Assembly (NCBI GenBank): GCA_016192525.1
Contig: JACPTZ010000059.1
Span: 20,287-84,286, forward strand
Direction of reading: 5' to 3'
Source of the DNA: Planctomycetota bacterium
GTDB lineage: Bacteria; Planctomycetota; MHYJ01; JACPTZ01
Length of the DNA: 64,000 bases
In this document: piece after piece, positions 47,802-55,265 of the stretch
Layout: each line of letters opens with the position of its first letter
Numbering within the stretch: the first letter of the stretch is position 1
Notes under the pieces: generated by a model
Told to the model about the DNA's origin: nothing
Databases searched by the model: none
Seen by the model: the letters and a program-made list of their open reading frames with translations, nothing else
Translations under genes and position numbers: made by a program

Positions 47802-48824
47802 ATGAAGCACTTGAGATTGAGAACGGCGCTGACTTTCCTGGGACCTGTTCTCGCCCTCGCGGCGACCCTGGGAGCGGAGGAAACGGGCGCTCCGCCGGTC
47901 CTCCGGAAGGCCGTCGTGTCGCTCCGACCGCATGTGGAAGTCCGCGGGGACTACATCCCGCTCCCGGCCTGTCTGGATGCCGCCGCCCTCGAACCTGAAC
48001 TTCAGGCGGAGGCGGCCACGCTGTTCGTCGGCGCCTCCCCGGCGCTCCACGAGGTGCGGCGCCTGCGGGTCTCGGCGATCCGCGCTGCGCTCCGCAAGCT
48101 CGGACCGGCGGCCGAGACGATCCGGCTCGAAGGACCGGAGGAGATCGAGGTCGTCCGCGTCGTCGCCGACGATGCCGGGACCGGATCGAGCCTCGAATCG
48201 GCCTGGGAACAGGCGATCCGGGAGTACGCCGGGACGCGATCCGACCTCGCCGGCGCGGAGCTCGTGCTTCAGATTCTCGATTGCCGCCCCGCCCTCACCT
48301 GGATCGGACCCGATCCGCTCCGGGTGGAGGAGTTGAAGCCGGTCGACGAGGCGACGATCGGCCCCAAAGTGCAGTTCGCGGGCGTCCTCGTCGGCGGCCC
48401 GGACGGTCCCCTGACGATGCAGTGCACCGCGAGGGTCGCGGCCTATCGCGACGTCTGCGTGGCGGCCCAGCCCCTTCGCACGGGCCAGGTCTGCCGGCCG
48501 GCGAACGGCCTGCGGCGTCGCGTAGCGATCGCGGAGGGGGAGTGCTACGTGATCGACCCGGAGGATCTCGCCGGGCAGAAGGTCCTCCGGACGGTGGCGG
48601 CGGGGACGCCGGTGACGCTCGGCGACCTTCAGCCTCCGCCCTGCGTGAGGGCCCGGGAGGAGGTCACGGTGGTGCTGATCCGCGGCGGGGCGCGACTTCA
48701 GACGCGCGGGACCGCCCAGCAGGACGGCGCCCCGGGAGACACGATTCTGGTCCTCAATCCGACGACGAAGAAGACGATCAAGGCCCGCGTCCTCGGGCCC
48801 GGCCAGGTGGAGGCGCATCCATGA
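47802..48824 (+). CDS. flgA: flagellar P-ring assembly chaperone FlgA (SAF domain)
   Basis: Signal peptide. C-terminal SAF-like segment (…RTVAAGTPVTLGDLQPPPCVRAREEVTVVLIRGGARLQTRGTAQQDGAPGDTILVLNPTTKKTIKARV…). Positioned between flgG and flgH. Confidence 0.7.
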   Translation: MKHLRLRTALTFLGPVLALAATLGAEETGAPPVLRKAVVSLRPHVEVRGDYIPLPACLDAAALEPELQAEAATLFVGASPALHEVRRLRVSAIRAALRKLGPAAETIRLEGPEEIEVVRVVADDAGTGSSLESAWEQAIREYAGTRSDLAGAELVLQILDCRPALTWIGPDPLRVEELKPVDEATIGPKVQFAGVLVGGPDGPLTMQCTARVAAYRDVCVAAQPLRTGQVCRPANGLRRRVAIAEGECYVIDPEDLAGQKVLRTVAAGTPVTLGDLQPPPCVRAREEVTVVLIRGGARLQTRGTAQQDGAPGDTILVLNPTTKKTIKARVLGPGQVEAHP

Positions 48825-49000
48825 ATTCCCTGCTCGTCGAGACCAAGCCGCACGCGCTGGACCGCCACCCGCAACGCATCGTTTTCGCGGCCCTGCACGC
48901 CGCCTGGATCGCGGCCTTCGCCCCGGAGTTCGTCGGTCCCTGGCAGCCGGTCCGATCGGTGGCGAACCGGTACCCGGCCCTGGAAACAAGCTCCGTTGTT

Positions 49001-49025
49001 TCCCTCCCCTCCGGCGAGGGGGAGG
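49001..49025. repeat. REP-like palindromic element TCCCTCCCCTCCGGCGAGGGGGAGG (family R)
   Basis: Located at the flgA/flgH junction. Confidence 0.6.
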
Positions 49026-49043
49026 CGTAAAGGGAGAGCGAAC

Positions 49044-49889
49044 ATGACATTCACACTCGGAATCCTCAACCTGCGCCCCCGTCCGATCGAGCCGGAGCCG
49101 CCGCCGCCCGCTCCGCCCGTCTCGCGCCCGGCCGAGTCCTACGTCCAGCCCGGCGGGGTGCACCCGGGCGGGGTGCACCCGGGCGGGGTGCACCCGGGCG
49201 GGGTGCACCGCGCGAGCGGCGCCCTCTCGGCGGCGCTGGCGCTCGGCGCGCTGCTGTCGCTCCTCGCGCCGACCCCGGCGCGGGCCGATTCGCTCTGGCC
49301 CGAGGGCGAGACCGAGAGCCTCGTGGGCGATCTCCCCCCGCGGAAGTTCGAGAAACACGACCTCGTGACGCTCGTCGTCGACGAGAAGTCGCTCGCCTCC
49401 GCCTCGGCGGACACGCGCTCGGACCGGCGGACCCGTCTCGAGATCGCGCTCGCGAAATGGATCCGGTTCACCCGCAAGAAGGGCGGCGAGACCGGCGACC
49501 TCACCGGCCAGCTGGACGACTTCGGCCTCGAAACGGCGCTGGGCGAGGATTCGCCCGAGATCGACCTCGACGCCCGCGTCCGCGGCGAATCGCCTGCCAG
49601 CACGAAGCGCGAAAGCCAGTTCCGGTTGAACGTCCAGGCCGAGGTGGTGGACATTCTCCCGAACGGAAACCTCGTCATCGAGGCCCGGAAGCATCGCACC
49701 GTGAACGAGGAGACCGAAACCATCACGCTGTGCGGAATCATCCGACCGGGCGACGTCGACGCCACCAACTCGATCCGCTCCGACCGCGTGGCCGACCTCG
49801 ACGTGAAACTGATCGGCGACGGCGCGGTGGGGGACAAGCAGAAGCGCGGGTTGCTGTCGAGACTGCTGGATTGGCTGTGGCCCTTCTAG
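49044..49889 (+). CDS. flgH: flagellar L-ring protein FlgH, with an N-terminal (GGVHP)4 repeat extension
   Basis: AAGGGAG SD. Mature region …DSLWPEG…DLPPRKFEKHDLVTLVV…RLEIALAK…ITLCGIIRPGDVD…LSRLLDWLWPF matches FlgH. The hydrophobic signal region (ALSAALALGALLSLLAPTPARA) lies only after about 55 aa, so an alternative GTG start at 49204 is possible. Confidence 0.8.
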   Translation: MTFTLGILNLRPRPIEPEPPPPAPPVSRPAESYVQPGGVHPGGVHPGGVHPGGVHRASGALSAALALGALLSLLAPTPARADSLWPEGETESLVGDLPPRKFEKHDLVTLVVDEKSLASASADTRSDRRTRLEIALAKWIRFTRKKGGETGDLTGQLDDFGLETALGEDSPEIDLDARVRGESPASTKRESQFRLNVQAEVVDILPNGNLVIEARKHRTVNEETETITLCGIIRPGDVDATNSIRSDRVADLDVKLIGDGAVGDKQKRGLLSRLLDWLWPF

Positions 49890-49890
49890 C

Positions 49891-50155
49891 CTGGATTATT
49901 CATGAACGGGAGGTGCGTCTCCCCGGAAAACCGTCCGCCCTGAGCGAGCCGGCCTCCGTCCGGCCGGCGAGTCGAAGGGCCGGACCGCAACACCGTGTCG
50001 CCCTTCGACTCGGCGGTCGAAACAACCGCCGGACCGCAACACCGTGTCGCCCTTCGACTCGGCGGTCGAAACAACCGACCGCCTCGCTCAGGGCGGACGG
50101 CTTGATCTGCCGGGCACTCGGCGCGAAGGCACCGCGCATTCATGAATAATCCGGG
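49891..50155. repeat. MITE family A copy A5 (complete; TIRs CTGGATTATTCATGAA / TTCATGAATAATCCGGG; internal 49-bp tandem duplication)
   Basis: Starts 2 nt after the flgH TAG stop. Duplicated block GGACCGCAACACCGTGTCGCCCTTCGACTCGGCGGTCGAAACAACC. Confidence 0.8.
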
Positions 50156-50158
50156 CTA

Positions 50159-50345
50159 GGGGGCAGGGGGCAGGGGTTAGGGGACGGAGGATAGGGGACG
50201 GAGGATAGGGGACAGAGGATAGGGGACAGAGGATAGGGGACAGAGGATAGGGGACGGAGGATAGGGGACAGAAGAAGGAAAACGAACGGAAGAAGAAAAG
50301 CGAACGAAAGAAAAGACAACAACAGAAGAGAAACAACGGAAACAA
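50159..50345 (+). repeat. G-rich/polypurine spacer: GGGGGCAGGGGGCAGGGGTTAGGGG + (GGATAGGGGACRGA)7 + about 70-nt pure A/G tract ending 18 nt before flgI ATG
   Basis: Directly readable. Almost no pyrimidines on the + (sense) strand for more than 150 nt. Many GGA motifs. Confidence 0.85.
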
Positions 50346-50362
50346 GGGCGCGGGCAAGGAAC

Positions 50363-51634
50363 ATGAAGATACACGCAGCACATGTTGAAGGTCGGAGGGT
50401 CGCGATGGCGGTGGCGCTTCTCGCGCTGCTCGTCCCCGGCTCGCTCCAGGCCCAGCCGGCAGGAGGGCGGCGGAATGAGCCGGCGCTGAATCAGGGACAG
50501 AAGGCCGCTGCGGCGGCGGCCGCCGAGGGGCGCAATCCCTACTTCGGCACCACCAGCCGGATCAAAGACCTGGCACGACTGGAGGGGGCCGACGAGAACC
50601 AGCTCAAGGGACTGGGCCTGGTCGTCGGCCTCAAGGGAACCGGCGACTCGAAGGAGGCCATCCAGAAGGCCCTCGCCGCCGCCGTCATGAAGTTGGACGA
50701 CTACCAGATCCGCGAACAGGACATCACTTCGAAAAACGTCGCGATGGTCGCCGTCAGCGCCGAGATCCCGCCGTTCCAGGAGGCCGGGACCCGGATCGAC
50801 GTGAAGGTCGCTTCGCTCTACGATGCGAAGGATCTTGCGGGCGGCACCCTTCTCCTTACCCCTCTCCGGGGCCCTGTGGTCTTGCGGCCGACGGATCCGT
50901 CGACAAAAACCGTCTATGCAACGGCCCAGGGCTCTGTCTACATCGGCGGTGGGGGCGCGTCCCCCACCGCCGTTATTCCCCGTGGGGCGATTGTCCAGAA
51001 GACCCTCCCGCAGACGCGGTACTTCAGGGGACTCGCCCAGGATCCGCCCTGCATCCGTCTCTCTCTCGATGCCCCCGACTTCAATGTGGCCAAGGCCATC
51101 GCCGGCGCGATCACGAAGGACGAGCTCGTGATTACGGGCCGGTCCGCCGACGAGAAGGCCATGCTTCAGGCCTATCCAGAAGATGCCGGGACCGTCTACG
51201 TGGAATTCCCGCGATTCCCGCCGCCGGCGGCGCCCGCCCCGGGGGGGATCGCGCACCTGGACCGGCTCTCGGACATGATCGCGACGATCCTTGAGATGCC
51301 CGTCGAGATCGGTCTGGGCACGGAGCCGGAGGCGATGGTGGTCCTGAACGAACGCGCCAAGACCGTGGCGGTGAGCGGGCGCGTCGTGGTGGCCCCCGGC
51401 GCCGTCTACAAGGGAGCGAATTTCAAGATCGAGGTTCCGCCTGCGCCCGCGGCGCGGCCAAATGCCGCCCTTGGCCCGGCCGGGAAGCTCCCGCCTCCCC
51501 CCTCGGGCGGGATGCTCCTCACCGACATCATCGATCTCGCCGACCTCGGCGGGGCGAAGCCGGAGGAGGTCATCGACATGGTCCGGGCCTTTGACCGGGC
51601 GGGGCTGATCTTCGGTCGCGTGGTGGTGGAGTGA
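50363..51634 (+). CDS. flgI: flagellar P-ring protein FlgI
   Basis: Signal peptide. …RIKDLARLEGADENQLKGLGLVVGLKGTGD… matches the FlgI consensus. 423 aa. Confidence 0.9.
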   Translation: MKIHAAHVEGRRVAMAVALLALLVPGSLQAQPAGGRRNEPALNQGQKAAAAAAAEGRNPYFGTTSRIKDLARLEGADENQLKGLGLVVGLKGTGDSKEAIQKALAAAVMKLDDYQIREQDITSKNVAMVAVSAEIPPFQEAGTRIDVKVASLYDAKDLAGGTLLLTPLRGPVVLRPTDPSTKTVYATAQGSVYIGGGGASPTAVIPRGAIVQKTLPQTRYFRGLAQDPPCIRLSLDAPDFNVAKAIAGAITKDELVITGRSADEKAMLQAYPEDAGTVYVEFPRFPPPAAPAPGGIAHLDRLSDMIATILEMPVEIGLGTEPEAMVVLNERAKTVAVSGRVVVAPGAVYKGANFKIEVPPAPAARPNAALGPAGKLPPPPSGGMLLTDIIDLADLGGAKPEEVIDMVRAFDRAGLIFGRVVVE

Positions 51635-51704
51635 TCGCGCAGACGCGCACGGCTGACCCATAACAGCATCCACTTCGCCCCGGAGGGGCGAGCAGGAAAT
51701 AGCC

Positions 51705-51836
51705 GGGGGCGAAGCCCCCGGGACAGCCGGCCGGGGGCGAAGCCCCCGGGACAGCCGGCCGGGGGCGAAGCCCCCGGGACAGCCGGCCGGGGGGCGAAGC
51801 CCCCGGGACAGCCGGCCGGGGGGCGAAGCCCCCGGG
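51705..51836 (+). repeat. 5x tandem 28-mer (GGGGGCGAAGCCCCCGGGACAGCCGGCC), each unit a GGGGGC-GAA-GCCCCC hairpin
   Basis: Directly readable between flgI and the flgJ-like gene. Confidence 0.85.
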
Positions 51837-51856
51837 AATGGAGCCAGAGGCAACGG

Positions 51857-52270
51857 ATGAACATCGCAGCCCCCGGGACGGTTTCGGACAGCATCGCGCG
51901 AGTGGCGCAGGAGCGCGCGAACGAAGCCGGCGGGCGGCTGGGACGCGCGGCGGAGTCGGTGGAAGCGGGGGCGGACCCGAAGAAGTTGAAGGCGCTGAAG
52001 CAGGCCACCCAGGAGTTCGAGGGGCTGTTCGTCACGATGCTGCTCGAGTCGATGCGGAAGACGATCGTGAAGAGCGGGCTGATGTCGGGCGGTCGGGGCG
52101 AGGAGGTCTTTCAGCAGCTTCAGGACCTGGAACTCTCGCGCGGCATCGGGAAGCGCGGCGGTCTCGGGATCGGCGAGATGGTGTACCGCCATCTGGCGAA
52201 GCACGCGGCGGCGGAGGAGAAGGCGCGCGAACCCGCTCCGGCCGGCGCGAGCGTCGATGTGCAGGGATGA
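51857..52270 (+). CDS. flgJ: flagellar rod-binding protein (FlgJ N-terminal Rod_binding domain only)
   Basis: …KLKALKQATQEFEGLFVTMLLESMRKT… matches the FlgJ rod-binding domain. 137 aa. No muramidase domain. Confidence 0.75.
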   Translation: MNIAAPGTVSDSIARVAQERANEAGGRLGRAAESVEAGADPKKLKALKQATQEFEGLFVTMLLESMRKTIVKSGLMSGGRGEEVFQQLQDLELSRGIGKRGGLGIGEMVYRHLAKHAAAEEKAREPAPAGASVDVQG

Positions 52271-52282
52271 TTCTTCAGCATC

Positions 52283-52305
52283 CCTTCCCCCGAAGGGGGG
52301 AGGGT
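52283..52305. repeat. REP-like palindromic element CCCTTCCCCCGAAGGGGGGAGGG (family R)
   Basis: 12 nt after the flgJ-like stop. Confidence 0.6.
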
Positions 52306-52544
52306 ACGGCCGCCCCCGGGCGGGCCGTGAAGCGGCCGTCGCGAGAACCTGCGCGACGCGCATCCCAAACGCCTCACGGCTCGACCGGGCGCGGCTGCGC
52401 CGCGGTTTCGAGTTGCGGGTGTGGAGTTTCGGATTGGAGTCTGTTTCCACAAACCCGAAACCCGAAACTCGAAACCCGAAACCACCCGCAGGAATGAGGT
52501 CCGAGGTTGCACGACCTGCAAGCTGGAGAGACTTCCGAGGCTTT

Positions 52545-53078
52545 ATGACCCCCTTACCTGTACCGTCGGCTGACCCGCGACCCGCCCTCGAGGCCCTGAG
52601 CCGGTGCCTCGAACAGACCCTCTCGCTCCACGAGAGTCTCTGCGAGCGGGCCGGGGAGAAGCGCGAGGCGCTGGTGCACCTCCGCGCGGCCGACGTGGAG
52701 CGGACGACCGCTGCCGAGCAAACCCTACTGGAATCGGTTGCCGGGGTTGAAGTGCAGCGGGCCGTCCTGACCGCGCAGCTGGCGCGGTACTTCCGCCTGG
52801 AGCCGCACGGCGTGCGCCTCGGGGACCTGTGCGCGCGGGCCCCGGAACCGTACGCCGCGCGGCTCGGCGGGCTCCGCCGCGCCCTCCAGGAGGTCGCGCG
52901 CCGCCTCCAGCGCCTCAATCGCCTGAACGCCGCCCTCGTCTCGCAGTCGCTCTCGCACACGGAAACCATGCTGCGCCTCATCACCGGAGGAGGCGCCGGC
53001 ACGACGACCTACGACCGCTCCGGAGCCGTGGCCGAACGTCCGGCCGCGCCCCGGACCCTGGTGGATCAAGTGGCATGA
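52545..53078 (+). CDS. flgN: flagellar export chaperone FlgN-like
   Basis: 177-aa helical protein immediately upstream of flgK and overlapping it (ATGA), with an L-rich heptad pattern. Assignment rests on position and general features. An alternative start at 52494 is possible. Confidence 0.5.
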   Translation: MTPLPVPSADPRPALEALSRCLEQTLSLHESLCERAGEKREALVHLRAADVERTTAAEQTLLESVAGVEVQRAVLTAQLARYFRLEPHGVRLGDLCARAPEPYAARLGGLRRALQEVARRLQRLNRLNAALVSQSLSHTETMLRLITGGGAGTTTYDRSGAVAERPAAPRTLVDQVA

Positions 53079-55048
53079 GCCTGATGACCTCCCTCAACGT
53101 CGGCCTCACCGCCATCCAGGCCCAGCAGGCGGCGCTGCAGACCGACGGCCACAACATCGCCAACGCCAACACCCCCGGCTACACCCGGCAGCGCCCCGAC
53201 CTCGTCACCATGCTCCCCCAGGACCTCGTCTTCGCCCAGATCGGCAAGGGGGTCCGCCTCGCCCGCATCCAGCGGCTCGTCGATCAGACCCTGGTGACCC
53301 GCCTCCAGGACGCCGCCTCCCAGCTCGGCAGCCTGCAGGTGTCCGCGAACTTCCTCGACCGCGCCGAGGCGATCTTCAACGAACTCTCCGGCACGGACCT
53401 CTCCAGCGGGCTCGACCAGTTCTTCCGCGCCCTCGAGGAACTCGCCCAGCGCCCGGAGGACACCTCCACCCGGAACGACGTTCTCGCCCAGGGCGCCACC
53501 CTCGCCCGGATGTTCCAGGACCTGGGGACCAAGATCCGCGACACCCGCGAGGACGTCAACCGCGAGATCATCGCCGACAGCCGGAACATCAATTCCTTCG
53601 CGCAGCAGATCGCGGACCTGAATGATGAGATCGTCGTCCAGGAAAACGGCGGGATCGACTTCGACGCCGCCAACGACCTCCGCGACCGCCGCGATCTGCT
53701 GGTCCAGCAGCTCTCGGAGATCGTCGACGTCCGCGTCATCGAGAACGCGCAGGGGATGGCGAACGTCCTCGTCGGCAGCAACTATCTGGTCTTCGAGAAG
53801 ACCGCCTACGAGGTGACGAGCGTCGACGACACCAACCGGAACATCACCGTCTCCACCCCCCAGTTCGCCGCCGGGGGAATCAACCTGGAGATTCGGAACG
53901 GCCGCCTCCGCGGGCTCATCGACTCGCGGGACGAGGTCCTCGGCACGCTGGGCGACCGGCTGAACATCCTGGCGCGCGCCGTCATGTTCGAGGTGAACCA
54001 GATTCACTCCACCGGCGAAGGGCTCACCCGGTTCACCGACCTCACGAGCGTGAACGGGCTCGCCGGCCCGTCGCTCAACCGCCTGCCGGTCGGGACCGAC
54101 GGGAGGGTGACCGGGGTGCCGACGACGACCTCGGTCCGCGACTTCTCGCTCACGACCTATCCCGAGGACTACTTCAACGGGCTGGACGTGCTCATGACCT
54201 CCGGTCCGAACTCCGGACAGCACCGGCGCGTGGTCGATTTCTTCGCCGCCACCGGGACGCTCATCTTCGACCGCGAGTTCGACAACCCGGTCTCGCCCGG
54301 CGACACCTTCCAGGTCACCGGCCTCCCGTACGCGGTCCGGAACGGCTCGTTCGACCTCAAGGTGACGAACGAGGTGACCGGCGTGGAGCGGACCTTCAAC
54401 ATCACGGTGGACCTCGACAAGCTGCCGGCGCCGCCGGTCTCGGAGCCGAGGGACAGCACGCTCGAGAGCATCGTGGCCGAGATCACGGCCGAGGTGACGG
54501 CGGCAGCGGGCGGCGTCCCGGAGATCAGCGCGTCGATCACGAACACGAACCGGCTCCGGATCACGTCGAGCGACACGAACCTGCGCTTCTCCTTCGCGAA
54601 CGACTCGAGCCACTTCCTGGCGGCGATCGGGATGAACACCTTCTTTGCCGGCGAGGACGCGGCCACGATGAAGCTGAATCCGCTCCTCGAGGCGCGTCCG
54701 GATCTCGTGGCGGCGGCCCGGTCGAACACGGCCGGCGACAACTCGAACGCGCTCGCCCTCGCCCAGCTCCGCGAGGCCACGGTGCTCGAGGAGGGGACGG
54801 CGACGATCGAGGGGTTCTACCAGGGCGTCGTGGGGGAACTGGCGATCGACACCCGGGAGGGAAAGGACCGGCTCAAGAACCAGGAGACGCTGAGCGAGCA
54901 GCTTCACCACGCCCGGGAGCGGGTGAGCGGCGTCAACCTCGATGAGGAAACCGTGAACATGATCACGCACCAGCGGGCCTTCCAGGCCGCGGCGCGGTAC
55001 ATCGCGATCATCGACAACCTGCTGGATACGCTGATCAATAGAACATAA
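53075..55048 (+). CDS. flgK: flagellar hook-associated protein 1 FlgK
   Basis: MSLMTSLNVGLTAIQAQQAALQTDGHNIANANTPGYTRQR… and C-terminal …VNLDEETVNMITHQRAFQAAARYIAIIDNLLDTLIN. 657 aa. Confidence 0.9.
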   Translation: MSLMTSLNVGLTAIQAQQAALQTDGHNIANANTPGYTRQRPDLVTMLPQDLVFAQIGKGVRLARIQRLVDQTLVTRLQDAASQLGSLQVSANFLDRAEAIFNELSGTDLSSGLDQFFRALEELAQRPEDTSTRNDVLAQGATLARMFQDLGTKIRDTREDVNREIIADSRNINSFAQQIADLNDEIVVQENGGIDFDAANDLRDRRDLLVQQLSEIVDVRVIENAQGMANVLVGSNYLVFEKTAYEVTSVDDTNRNITVSTPQFAAGGINLEIRNGRLRGLIDSRDEVLGTLGDRLNILARAVMFEVNQIHSTGEGLTRFTDLTSVNGLAGPSLNRLPVGTDGRVTGVPTTTSVRDFSLTTYPEDYFNGLDVLMTSGPNSGQHRRVVDFFAATGTLIFDREFDNPVSPGDTFQVTGLPYAVRNGSFDLKVTNEVTGVERTFNITVDLDKLPAPPVSEPRDSTLESIVAEITAEVTAAAGGVPEISASITNTNRLRITSSDTNLRFSFANDSSHFLAAIGMNTFFAGEDAATMKLNPLLEARPDLVAAARSNTAGDNSNALALAQLREATVLEEGTATIEGFYQGVVGELAIDTREGKDRLKNQETLSEQLHHARERVSGVNLDEETVNMITHQRAFQAAARYIAIIDNLLDTLINRT

Positions 55049-55066
55049 GAGGCGCGCGGAACGAAA

Positions 55067-55246
55067 AAACGTAAAACGTGAAACGTAAGAAGAAACAGAG
55101 ACAGCAGAAGCAACAGAGACAACAGAAGCAACAGAGACAACAGAAGCAACAGAGACAACAGAGACAAGAGAGACAACAGAGACAACAGAGACAGAGACAA
55201 TAGAGAGTGAACCCGCCTTCCTCTTACGTTTTACGTTTTACGTTTT
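55067..55246 (+). repeat. hairpin-flanked polypurine tandem repeat: IR AACGTAAAACGTGAAACGTAAG … (CAACAGAGA/CAACAGAAG)n … CTTACGTTTTACGTTTTACGTT
   Basis: 22-bp inverted repeats bracket about 130 nt of 9-mer purine-rich tandem repeats between flgK and flgL. The right IR overlaps the possible TTG start of flgL. Confidence 0.8.
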
Positions 55247-55265
55247 GCCGTTGAGTGCCGCGACC

